Source: Piedraia hortae CBS 480.64 (taxonomy: Eukaryota). From it: 64,000 nucleotides of DNA. Position numbers and translations under genes: made by a program. The notes below the pieces were generated by a model. That model did not search any database, had not been told where the DNA came from, and saw nothing but the letters and a program-made list of their open reading frames with translations. Shown piece by piece: positions 1-10,314 of this stretch. Numbering within the stretch: the stretch's first letter is position 1; each line of letters starts with the position of its first letter. The stretch covers positions 124,001 to 188,000 of the forward strand of contig MU005978.1 of NCBI GenBank assembly GCA_010093745.1, written 5' to 3'.

Positions 1-467
1 CAGTGATTTTGACGCCATGCCCGTTCGGGCATTAATTTGCGGGGCAATTCGCACATGTGCTTAGCTACCGCAGTGACTTTTACACCGAATGGTACGTGCA
101 TCACCTCTTCCATCATCGAGATGATGCCCCAACAGGATTGTCTGGGATTTTGCGGATGAAGTAAAAGGCTTTTGATGAACGTGTGTTCAGTTTTTGCACT
201 GCCAGAAACTCCATTGAAAATGATATCTATGCCTTTGCAGTTCAAACTCTGCCCAGTTGTGGCCCGACAAGGCGGGCCCGTGCATGCTCGTGTTGCAGCT
301 TTCTAGACGAAACCTTGTTTTCCGACACGCGTAACGATTCTACATCATCACTCTCCACTATCAGCTTGAGGCTGGTAAGATACAATGCCGCAGATCATGG
401 CACGAAAGTCTGGTTTTCGGCTGTGCGGCACACGAAAATGGCGCCCCCGTCAAGGATCTCCTTAAGA

Positions 468-2400
468 TGTTAGGGATATATTAATCGAACAAGCTGTTAC
501 GTTTCCGTTAGGATGCAGTCTTCTTTGAACAAATCGCCGAATAATATTGGGCTGTAAAGACCTGTCGGAGCGATCATGGTCGAAATGATATCTTGACCAG
601 TCCTAAAACTAGCCTGATGGGTGATAAGACCGCGCCTGCTTAGACCACACCACAGCGCTACTTGGTGAGATAAAAGCCCGGGAAGTATAATGCCCTTCCT
701 ACCACCTGCAGGCAGCTAGAGTCAAGAATTATTGCAGAACCAGATAGATGCAATTTTCTAGGCCCTGAAGAGATCCTGGACGGGGATAACCTGTGAATGT
801 AGGCACCTTGACTCCAGGGAGAGGTTATCATACAGTCACCCTCCCTGGTGTCAAGTCGGTATACTAAGAGTCATCGAGTAATCAAGCATGATGCGCTGTG
901 TGGAAACTTTGAATCAACGCAAGTTCGTGTCGGTTCTCACCTGGAAGACAACTCAGATGAACTCATCCAAGTGGGTATGAAGTCGCCGCGCTGAGACTCT
1001 CAGCGGTGCACTAAAAGTCTCGGCGGTGTGGTGGGGTCATGGCCCTTGTCTTTGAGCTTTCCACAAACGCCACGCTCTCCCCTGTAGCAAACATGGCAAC
1101 CACACGTTTACTCCACACACCGCTCTTTAGCGACGGAGATGGTACGTCTAATCAGTCCACAATCCTCTCACTTACCAATGCTAACGCCAATGTAGGCACC
1201 TGCCGGCCTCACCCCAGCCTACGCTACGTCTCCAACGATCAATCCTGGTTCCAGGGGATGAGCCTAGTTTGTACCGAGGACAAAAGTGCTTCCAGGCGTA
1301 GGGTCTTCACCTACGTTCACGCCGGCCTTCTGTCAGAAGGACGTGGCACCCACCATGACCAGAACCTTAGCTAGAAGTCGAAACCTCTCAGGGTTGTTAT
1401 CTCCATAGAGGAAGTTTTCCCTGAGACGGGTCATTGTCTCGTTCATGTTTAAGGGCATAATTCGCTGACGTTGTTCTGGCGAATGCGATTAGACTGAGGT
1501 GGTGTGGGGAAGATTTCGAACCTCACCTCACATAGACATAGACATTTACATTCACCTTTTCAGTCAGAGTTGAGTGAAAACATTTGTCGTCAATATCCGC
1601 TCCCGTTTAATCCTCGGAGGTTCACCCCTCCCCCAGAAAACAATAGAACTTGACCGAGCAGTAAACAGGATTTGCCGTTGAGTTTTCGACCGATCATCAA
1701 GCTCTAGTTTCCACTTAATGAAAGACTATGCACGGTTAGGGATTCTTTCGAGCTGATTCCCGAGCAAATCGAAAATTTCACAATGGAGTTAGCGAATTGA
1801 GTCTTTCAGAGCAACATAAGACGTACTTTAAGGTGACTGCTTTTCTGTAGACTTTCCAACTTACATCGTACATCATGAAAACAAACATCTTCAGGCCCAG
1901 TATGAGTTTGCATCAGGTCTTTAGTCGCGAGAGAGCCTGGGCATCGGCGACAACGGACTCGACTTGAGTTTTCCAAACATAACTAAATTAGGCACATACA
2001 TGCACGATCGACAGATGCTAACCTTAAAAATTAGCGAGGTTCGCCTTGACTTTCATTTTAGAGTTCGAGAAAGGTTCGAAAAAACTTCGAAAACTTAAAG
2101 ATTTCGAACTTTGTTCAGCGCCGGTCGGTTCCGGTCCAATCAATATAATCCGCGCAACGGAGATGACCATTCAGCATGTGATGGGTTTTCAAGAGTTTCG
2201 GAAGTATGATGGCGACTGAACGGTAGCGAAGCGTTTGTAGATCAGAAGTGATCTTACAATGAAAATTACAGTGGGCTGTGGTACGAGATATCCATATGCG
2301 TATCATGAATGTTCCGAAGGGCAGGCCGTGCGTCTCATAGCCCAGATGAAGAGGGGTGAGCTACTGCGGTATGACCATTCTCCGTTTCTACTTGCTATTA
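468..2400. mobile_element. Probable LTR-retrotransposon debris / solo-LTR-like fragments (unresolved)
   Basis: No credible ORF; TG...CA-bounded segments (468-654, 1191-1532) without matching target-site duplications; 13-nt direct repeat AATGTAGGCACCT at 796 and 1189; gypsy RNase-H-like peptide FSTDHQALV at about 1683-1709 followed by stops. Confidence 0.3.
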
Positions 2401-3086
2401 CGGGATGTTGAAGTATTGCACAAGAGCTCGGGCACGGGAATGCGTGCTTGTGATGCTCCAGGCTCATTCTGCTATGGCTGCTAATTGCTTACTGAATGTT
2501 TCGGACCATAGCCTGTCCTTGAACACAATATGCACAAGTTGGTCCAGGAGCCTGCGTCTTTGCTCTATCCAAATAATAAATCCAATGTTTTCACATCAAT
2601 GCTCTTACGAGAGAACTGCCACCGCTTGAAAGGCAGTCGCATGATTCCATCATTGGTCCCAGTGAAATTACAATAGAGCAAAGCGAAACTAAGTTGTTCG
2701 CGAAATGATTGCTTTCAGGCTTTTGCTACTTCGCTTCTGTTCCATCTCATGAGGGAAAAGTATTGGTCCATTTAACGAAGGTAGTAGCTCCTGAACGTCG
2801 TGCAACAAAGATATTCCCTATCGCCCAAGCTGATCAAACCAAAACATACGAATGTAAAAGAATGCTTTCTAATGTAGGACAGTCACTTGCGACAAAACCG
2901 GAAAAGAAGCAGGCAAGGGCAGGTGACTTTCAGCTTCCGTCTTTCCAATAGTTTTACCACGTGCTTCATATTGCGTTGAGGTATTGATGCAACTGCAAGC
3001 AATGCTGCCGACTTGGTATGATGATATCGACTCAGAAGTGGCGAGGCTGACCCACAGAAGGGCCATCTTGGGCAAGCATACTTCAT

Positions 3087-4062
3087 TTGTCAAGGCCGCA
3101 GATAGGACCCAGAAGGAGCAAGATTCTTATCATCTGCGTTTTAGATATCCACAATGTAGCGCCGGGTGAAGGTTATACACTACCTCCGGGTGATGTTCTG
3201 ATCCATGCAGGTGATTTAACCATTCAAGGAAGTTCAGCGGAGCTGCAAAAAGCATACGAGTGGATAACAAAAGCGGACAATGCGGTTAAGATCGTCGTGG
3301 CAGGGAATTATGACCTCTTGTTGGATAAGAAGTGCTGTCAAGAACATAGGGGAGAAATATAGACACTTTAAGGATGATTCAATTATCTACACTTGCCATC
3401 CACAGGCAACAATAAGAGTGCCCAGCACTTTGTTATTTTTGGGTCACCAGATTCGCCAGCGGGGAAAGGTGCTACAGCGCGCTGGGCGTTTCAGTGCCCA
3501 TCTGAATTTGCACATGCAGATGCAGATGCAAACGGAAACGCAAAAGCAAAAGCAAAAGCAAACGCAAACGCAAACGCAAACGGCCTTTGGGCCGTGATAC
3601 CTTTGGCAGTTGACATCATAGTTCCACGCATCCCAGCAAAAAGGTTGTGCGATGAAAGTAGTCATTGGAATAGTGGCGGGAGTCGGGCGCTGATGGAAGA
3701 GCTTCGGGCCAAGAAGGCCACTCTTGCATGTCTGCGGGCACTGCCACGAAGGACGCGGCGTCAAAATCATCAGCTGGGGGCCGAGGCCGGCCGAATGCGC
3801 GGGGTCCGAGGGTGGGCTGATCCAGGCACAGGGCATTCGGAAGCTGTCGCGTTTAGACCTACGTGAGCCATCTGATCCGGGGAGAAAAACGGCTGTCATT
3901 AACGCCAGTATCATGGCCCACAGCTACCAACACGGGTCCAAACAGTTTGACAAACCAATTGTTGTCAATATGCCCTTGTCGGCCCGACGACACGAATGGC
4001 TGAAGCTGGAGGGGAGGTCAGCAGAGAGGCCGGCGGGGTCAGATGAGCCACAGCCCTGCTAG
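3087..4062 (+). pseudogene. Frameshifted calcineurin-like metallophosphoesterase (MPPED/239FB family) pseudogene
   Basis: Family motifs spread over four ORFs in different frames: ICVLDIHN...GDVLIHAGDLT...KIVVAGNYD (3087-3362), FKDDSIIY (3280 frame), IFGSP...WAF...LWAVIP..VDIIV (3393 frame), HVCGHCHEGRG...TAVINASIMA...KPIVVNMPL (3724 frame). Usual SDTH, GNHD and THTP motifs are altered; no convincing splice signals bridge the shifts. Confidence 0.8.
3510..3581 (+). repeat. Imperfect hexanucleotide microsatellite (GCAAAN)x12
   Basis: gcacat gcagat gcagat gcaaac ggaaac gcaaaa x3 gcaaac x4, read directly. Confidence 0.9.
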
Positions 4063-4324
4063 CCCACTCCCTGCGGTGGCACCGAATGCAGGACCCTGGC
4101 CGGCGTAGCGGTCACGGCATGTCGATCAATGTCAACGTTGGCCCGTTTGGGCTAGTCGCCTGTGATGGTACGAGGTTGACCAATCACACCCGAGGCCATG
4201 AATCCCAGCCACGTGATTTGCGATGCGGCTAAGGCCGCAAGCGCCGTCGTCGCGAATTGACGAGGACCCGTCACCGCCCTCTCCCTTTCCTACTCAAACT
4301 CTGACGACGCGCGAAACATTCACC

Positions 4325-5899
4325 ATGAGTTCACTCCCAGAAGACCCGTATCTCGCGCTGGGCGTGGACCGCAATGCCACGACAGCCCAGATCAAGGCGC
4401 AGTACCGCAAGCTCGCGCTCAAATGCCATCCGGACAAGGTGTTGGATCCAGAGAAGAAAGAGGAGGCCGTAGCCGAATTCCATAAGATCCAGACGGCCTT
4501 CGAGATTCTAGGTGACGAGAGCAAGCGCAACAGATACCACGCAGCCTTGCGATTGGCGGAGCTGCGACGCGAAGCCCTGGTTCGTCAGTCCGCCCATGCG
4601 CCACCCGCCGCGCAACCGACAGAGCCTAGGCCAGTTCCAACCCGCGACGATCGATACCCCCTGCGGCATTCTGAGCGCAAATCGTCTGCGACGCCTCCAA
4701 CTTTCTACGACTACTTCGACCCTCCGCCACGCACCGCCTCCCGCAAGGACGATGGGCCTGAGCGTTCTGCCAGACGTCCGTCGCTGCATGACGAACGCAA
4801 GTCTTCCAGCAAAAGTGCCAAGGAAAGCGACAGGGCGAAGCAAGAGTCGCGAATGCGGGCGGCGGCAAGAGAGCGCGATCGGGAGCGCAGTCGCAAGACA
4901 TACGTGGAAATGGCGCCAGATAGCGACTCTAGCGACGATTATCCAGTACGTCGCGACTACCGCCGTGAACCTATGCCCAGACGCGACTACGATGATGAGG
5001 ACCGGGCGCGTAGGATGCGTGCTCAGTACGACGAAGCCAAGGAATACATCAGCCGCAGCCGACGCGCCGAAGACACGCGACACGCTCGCATCTCCCGCGA
5101 CGTGGATTTCATCCCAAGCAGCGGTGGCCGCCCGGGCATTATGCTTCGCCGCCCCTCTGGTCGCCCCAAGACATCCGCCGGTGAATCGCGCAGATCTTCG
5201 GGATTGGACGATGTCGACGAGTTCAGGCGCCAAGCGAATTTTTACCGGGCTCGTCCCTCCCCTTCTGGAACGCGCCCACTGACAGAGAAGAGTCGCACGC
5301 ATACGACGCCGTTGGAGTCGCACCCGAAGCCGTCGTTGAAGCGGGCCGAAACAATGCCGATTCCGCCGGTGGGTCATGAGCGCAGTGGACGGCGCAAGGA
5401 ATCTGTACCGCTGAGGGGCGCCGGCGTGCGCCGAACGGAGCACTCGTACGGCTTGCCGACGCCGGCGCCAACGCCAGACTGGAGCGGACCATCCGCCCGT
5501 TACCGATACAACCAAGAATACGCCGACGACCACGAGTATCCTACGCCAGATGGGTACAGAACGGCCCGCAGCCCGTCGCCTTACCGTAGCAGCGCACGCT
5601 ACCCTTCCCCGCCACCGAGGCGACCCAGCGTCCCGCGCTCAACGAGCTATATATATAAACCGGCCAGCGAGCGACGGCCGTCCATGTCTCGCGAAAACAG
5701 CCGCCGCGCGGTCGAGCGACCGTACGACGACGACCGCGCCGCCAGGAGGCCGATTAACGTCACCTTCTCGCCAGACGGTATACGCTACTCAGATCGCGTC
5801 TCTAGCGGCTACTCCTCATCCAAGAGCCCCACGATCCCCAGTCGGCCCAGCTACAACCGTCGGGCCAGTTACCAGCCGATGGTCTACTCGCGCGCTTAG
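4325..5899 (+). CDS. DnaJ-domain protein with long Arg/Ser/Pro-rich disordered C-terminus
   Basis: N-terminal J domain DPYLALGV...YRKLALKCHPDK...FEILGDESKR; ATG 4325 in CACCATG context (ORF is open from 4223). Confidence 0.9.
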   Translation: MSSLPEDPYLALGVDRNATTAQIKAQYRKLALKCHPDKVLDPEKKEEAVAEFHKIQTAFEILGDESKRNRYHAALRLAELRREALVRQSAHAPPAAQPTEPRPVPTRDDRYPLRHSERKSSATPPTFYDYFDPPPRTASRKDDGPERSARRPSLHDERKSSSKSAKESDRAKQESRMRAAARERDRERSRKTYVEMAPDSDSSDDYPVRRDYRREPMPRRDYDDEDRARRMRAQYDEAKEYISRSRRAEDTRHARISRDVDFIPSSGGRPGIMLRRPSGRPKTSAGESRRSSGLDDVDEFRRQANFYRARPSPSGTRPLTEKSRTHTTPLESHPKPSLKRAETMPIPPVGHERSGRRKESVPLRGAGVRRTEHSYGLPTPAPTPDWSGPSARYRYNQEYADDHEYPTPDGYRTARSPSPYRSSARYPSPPPRRPSVPRSTSYIYKPASERRPSMSRENSRRAVERPYDDDRAARRPINVTFSPDGIRYSDRVSSGYSSSKSPTIPSRPSYNRRASYQPMVYSRA

Positions 5900-6152
5900 C
5901 AGTCGAAAGTGTGAACTCTTTGTAAATTTATAGGGAGCGTCTGTAGAGATATAACATCAAATTGCCAGCTCAGGTCAGCCAGATCTCGTGTGTGCCAAGA
6001 AAGGGAGATGATTCGTTTTTCAACTCTAAACTGTACGATGCCAAGAATGAGACGGAGCTTGCTAAAGTCTGTCCAGTCCTGGAGAGGGCGAACTATTTGA
6101 CCCAGACGACAACCCACCAGCACATATAGAAACCAATGTCCAGCCTATCTCC

Positions 6153-6719
6153 CTACTTCTCCTCCTCCTTCCCACCCCCCATCAGCCCACCAACATACCC
6201 ACCCGCGCCCTTAACCGTGTTTGCAACCCCGGAGCCAACGCTGTCCACGCCACTCGCAACCCCACTCCCCATACTCCCAAGATAACTCCCATCATCCCCC
6301 TTCCCACCCCTCTCCATCCTATTCACGCCCTCCTCCCCAACCGCATCGCCCACATTCTCAAACGCGCCTCCCTTGCCCATCTGCCCCCCAACCAAGTCAC
6401 CAACGGACGAGGTAGCTTTATCGATAGGCTGCACGCCCGTAGGGCGATCCGCCGCGTCCTTGACCGCGTAGGAGGTCTTATTCTCATTGGTGAAGTATTT
6501 GAGGTAGAGGTCTTCGATGTAGGGCATCCATCTCTCGTAAGTGGAATTGTATGTCTCTTTGAGTGATTCCACGTAGGATTTTCCGTCGGAGGTGCCAGTG
6601 AAGTTGGAGATGTAGGAGGATTGTTGGGTGGGAGAGAGGGAGGACCACCATGACTTTGCGTTGGAGGAGGACTCCTTGGTGGACTCGCTAGTGGTGGATT
6701 TTTCGTTTGAGGAGGACAT
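6153..6719 (-). CDS. Fungal hypothetical protein, 188 aa, Gly-rich C-terminus
   Basis: Intronless ORF, AAAAATG start after pyrimidine-rich leader; YERWMPYIEDLYLKYFT-ENKTSY motif looks conserved. Confidence 0.75.
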   Translation of the reverse strand: MSSSNEKSTTSESTKESSSNAKSWWSSLSPTQQSSYISNFTGTSDGKSYVESLKETYNSTYERWMPYIEDLYLKYFTNENKTSYAVKDAADRPTGVQPIDKATSSVGDLVGGQMGKGGAFENVGDAVGEEGVNRMERGGKGDDGSYLGSMGSGVASGVDSVGSGVANTVKGAGGYVGGLMGGGKEEEK

Positions 6720-6798
6720 TTTTGATTGTAAAGGAAAAGGGAAAGGGAAAGGGAATTAAAGAGTTTTAGAAGGGTGCATATGTACAGGCTATGTGCAG

Positions 6799-8190
6799 TT
6801 ACATCACGCCTCGCTTACCGACGGTTACGCCCGTCAGGTTTCTGGTGTAGATGCCTAGGGTATCTGTGGTGTTGGAGTAGGTCGCACCGCATGCCTTGCT
6901 GAAACCGCCAAACAGCTCCTTGCGCTGCTTGAGATACTCGGTCAGACCGGCCTCTGAGCAACTTTCGGCGGGTCCGTCGTGGCATGCTGCCAGCGTTTGC
7001 GGACTCTGGTTGACCATAGCGCGGTAGTAGGTTCCGTTCGCGTAGCCGTATGAACCGCTGCATGCCATTTTCTCGATGGCAATGTTGGTGAGAAAAGGGA
7101 GGATGTAGCTGCTCTTCCACGCGCGTCCGTAGTTGATGCGGTCAAATGGCATCGTGGCGTTGATGGATGCGCCGGGGGTGAATTCCGTGTTGTTGAACAG
7201 TCCCATGGCCACGAGCACGGCTGGAGGGAGCTCGCGGTGCGTGAAACTGACGTAGATGTCTTGTTCATCGTTCTTGGGAGGGTCCAAAAGGGTGGAAATG
7301 GTGGCTTCCACCCATGGATATCCAATATACCCGGCAACGTTGCTGCCGTAGCCAGAGTTGTAAAAGTACTGGATGTCTTGGGCATACTCAAATGCAAGCC
7401 ACTCGTCCGGAGTGAAGAGGTCGGAAGAGCAGAATGCCGATGAGCCTCGCATGACTGTCTCGTAGCCGCACCATTCAAACATGGCTACAATGTCGCTACT
7501 GGTCCAGTTCATCCCCGGCGCTTGCGCACGCAGGCGAGCAATAATCGGCTTTGTGTAAACGTCGACGTACTTTTGGCTTTCCTTACTCCCCGCAGAAGAT
7601 GAATAGGCTGGGCAGGACTTGTACGGCGTCAAACTGTCTGCTCCAGCTTTCTTGCCCTCGTCCAGAACCACAAGACTGATGTCGTTGTCTTCCATCTCCA
7701 GACCGCGGATAAAAGACTTTGCACTGACATAAGTGCGCTCGGCGCTGCTGCTCCATATGCGTTTCGGCAGTCGCAGCTCTGGGTAGCGGTACGAGATTTG
7801 GACTCCAAGTTGGGCGGCTTCCAGTTTGCCGGTGCGCGTAACAAGCTCCAACTCCTCCGTTTGAGGTGCTTTCCAACCATCTAGAAAGCTCAATCCGGGG
7901 ACTCGGATCCAGTCTACTGAGCTGTTGCTGATTTTTTCCACGAAAGGGTGCAGGTAGGTCTCATAGTCAAAGTCGTTGGCATTGATGGCTGCATGGCGGA
8001 CGAGATGAGCAGATTTGGTGACTTTGCAATTGCGAGGCGGCGGAGGGCCACGAGGAGGATCAGACGGCTCGAAAAAGGGGGTTGTGCCAGCAAGATGTTC
8101 TAGCGGGTTGAACTCATAATCACTGTACAACGGTCTCTGGCCCTGTGCTGCAGCGAGAGCGAGGAAACAGGTCAGAATGAATTTGGCCAT
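6799..8190 (-). CDS. Secreted histidine acid phosphatase / 3-phytase-like
   Basis: Signal peptide MAKFILTCFLALAAA; catalytic LVRHA motif; C-terminal SFTHRE; DSLTPYKSCP; N-glycosylation sequons. Confidence 0.9.
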   Translation of the reverse strand: MAKFILTCFLALAAAQGQRPLYSDYEFNPLEHLAGTTPFFEPSDPPRGPPPPRNCKVTKSAHLVRHAAINANDFDYETYLHPFVEKISNSSVDWIRVPGLSFLDGWKAPQTEELELVTRTGKLEAAQLGVQISYRYPELRLPKRIWSSSAERTYVSAKSFIRGLEMEDNDISLVVLDEGKKAGADSLTPYKSCPAYSSSAGSKESQKYVDVYTKPIIARLRAQAPGMNWTSSDIVAMFEWCGYETVMRGSSAFCSSDLFTPDEWLAFEYAQDIQYFYNSGYGSNVAGYIGYPWVEATISTLLDPPKNDEQDIYVSFTHRELPPAVLVAMGLFNNTEFTPGASINATMPFDRINYGRAWKSSYILPFLTNIAIEKMACSGSYGYANGTYYRAMVNQSPQTLAACHDGPAESCSEAGLTEYLKQRKELFGGFSKACGATYSNTTDTLGIYTRNLTGVTVGKRGVM

Positions 8191-8549
8191 GGTGAGTTAT
8201 CGGGAGGGATGGAGGAGAGGGAAACATTTTCGAATATTGTGGCGGGACGCTACTATCCTACTTTGAACCTGCTCATCGACCAGGAAACGGCGACACTTGA
8301 CGGGTGTGACGTCATCAGATGTTTGGGACTTCCACTACTCTGGAATCTCAGTCCTGGCATGTCGTGGACAGTGTTACCTTCAGGGAGCTGTCCAAAGCAA
8401 TCCGCCAGTCGGACTGTTCACGTAGTTACATGGAGTGACCATCAAAGAACTTTTCCCTATGCAACCACAGGATGGAGCTCGCTGTGAAAGAGTCGCATTG
8501 AGATGAAAGTGCGAATTACGGGCAGATTCCGTCCACTCACTCAGTAGAC

Positions 8550-9608
8550 ATGGTACATACGTCGCAGCCTTGGAACGACCTCCATTGCATTGCAATGGCC
8601 GGACTGACAATGGGCATGAACCCCGTCCAGGGGTTACTGCAACATGTGACGTCGGCGTCACATCACTTCATGTCGTCGGCCCTCCTTGGGCGCTCTCGCC
8701 GCGCACGCTTTCGTCTGCGGCTGCATATTATAGACCTCAATAACTTACCGCTGGCGGCAGGCACCAGTTTTGTCAAGTGGCATCTGCCGGCATCGACGGC
8801 TGCCGACCACCGCGGCCGCACCACGACGCAGTCAATCACCGACCATCGCGTGTGCTATGACTACTTCAAGCAGACCAACGTGCGGCTCACGATTGGCCGC
8901 GATGGCATGTTGCAAGAGTGCTGGATAGTGTTTGAGGTAGTGCAGGAGTACAGCGTGAGCGGCAAGCCAGAGCGCATCCGCCTTGGTGAGGTGCGCCTGA
9001 ACCTGGCAGAGTACGTCGAGAGTCCCAATGACTCGCCAGTGAGTCCCGTATCAAATGAGGACAATAAGGGGATCGTTAGGCGTCACCTCATGCAAGACTC
9101 CAAGATCAACAGCACGCTGAAACTTGGCGTAGCCATGCAATTTCTTGATGGCTCGCGGGACTTTCAGGCTCCTCCTTTGCGTGCTGCTCCGGTATTCCAG
9201 GGCATTGCGGGCATCATGTCCTCTGGCGATCCCTCAAACATGATGACCCCCGGTCTCGTGCTTCATTCCAATGCCGACGACGCTCGCAGCTTGACTGAGC
9301 TCCCCGCTCTCAGCCGGGAAACCGCTGAGACGCAGGACCTGTATCGCCAGGCCCTATCAGCCTATTGGAATGCTCAGCCTGGGGAGCTCAAAGCTGATGA
9401 GTGCATTGAGGACATCTTCTCCGGGGGCGATGGGTGGAGTGCAGACAAGCGTCCGTTCCGACATAGGCAACGGGGCAGCATCAGCAGCGTCACCACTGAG
9501 AAACCAAGGTATGCAATGTATGACAATCCACCTGAAAGGGCAAATGTTGTTGACGGCCATGGGGAAGACGAACGGAGTTGGGTGGTGGGACCAAGGGCTC
9601 TTGCTTAG
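8550..9608 (+). CDS. NT-C2 (EEIG1/EHBP1 N-terminal C2) domain protein
   Basis: LHIIDLNNLPLAAG..FVKWHL, LGEVRLNLAEYVE, RRHLMQDSKINSTLK, ADECIEDIFSGGDGW. True start uncertain (several in-frame ATGs to 8670). Confidence 0.85.
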   Translation: MVHTSQPWNDLHCIAMAGLTMGMNPVQGLLQHVTSASHHFMSSALLGRSRRARFRLRLHIIDLNNLPLAAGTSFVKWHLPASTAADHRGRTTTQSITDHRVCYDYFKQTNVRLTIGRDGMLQECWIVFEVVQEYSVSGKPERIRLGEVRLNLAEYVESPNDSPVSPVSNEDNKGIVRRHLMQDSKINSTLKLGVAMQFLDGSRDFQAPPLRAAPVFQGIAGIMSSGDPSNMMTPGLVLHSNADDARSLTELPALSRETAETQDLYRQALSAYWNAQPGELKADECIEDIFSGGDGWSADKRPFRHRQRGSISSVTTEKPRYAMYDNPPERANVVDGHGEDERSWVVGPRALA

Positions 9609-10190
9609 TTACAAATCTGACATGATGAAGGCATAAAACACCATGGCCCCCAGTCCGACCACATCGGTTAGTGAAGATGCACCGTGAAGCTTCGAGAATG
9701 CAGAGTTTAGATGTTCCATTTCCTCCGAATGTGGGCCTGGATCGTAGTATCTCTTGCCGTCCCGCGTCTCTGTTATGGGATAAGTTGTTGTTGGTAACAG
9801 ATGTTTAGCCAACTCACCTTGGTGCTTTCGCTCCTTCATAACTTTCGTAGTTGCTGGACCGAGCACCACAAGATTCAACAACGCCGTACCGAACATGATG
9901 CCGATGGTTCCGAGAGCTTTGTTGTTCTCCAGCAGGCCTTTGTACCCAACATTGTAACGGGCTGCCACCTGTCCCATGGAAGCTACTCGCTCCCCGGGCC
10001 ATGTAAGCGCAAGCAGGATAGGTAGAGCTGTTTGTAGTGAGAAGAAGGTTGGGAAGATAGCTTGCTGGAGCGTTGAGAACTGAGCTCGTGGCAGCGCTTT
10101 GAAAGCCAACGGCCCTCCAATGAAGGTTTGAAACACACTGCTCCCGAGAAGCGTTCCATAGGCAATGATGTGATACGGTTTAGTGTCCAT
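9609..10190 (-). CDS. TMEM205-like (DUF4149) membrane protein; intron 9770-9817
   Basis: HIIAYGTLLG..FQTFIGG..AFKALPRAQFSTLQQAIFP; GTGAGT...CAG 48-nt intron restores RKHQETRDGK; F.KLHGASSL. Confidence 0.88.
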   Translation of the reverse strand: MDTKPYHIIAYGTLLGSSVFQTFIGGPLAFKALPRAQFSTLQQAIFPTFFSLQTALPILLALTWPGERVASMGQVAARYNVGYKGLLENNKALGTIGIMFGTALLNLVVLGPATTKVMKERKHQGELAKHLLPTTTYPITETRDGKRYYDPGPHSEEMEHLNSAFSKLHGASSLTDVVGLGAMVFYAFIMSDL

Positions 10191-10314
10191 TGTTATTTAA
10201 TCCCGGATTCCGGCTCGGTTCTGTGAATCGATTAAGGCGCGACTGCAGCTCCAAAACACGCAAGGCAGTCACCCAACTCGCTGTAACCACAAAACCGACC
10301 GTAACTAATGAAAC

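Noticed and set aside
4508..5533. 341-aa antisense ORF
   Set aside because: Shadow of the GC-rich DnaJ CDS; no motifs.
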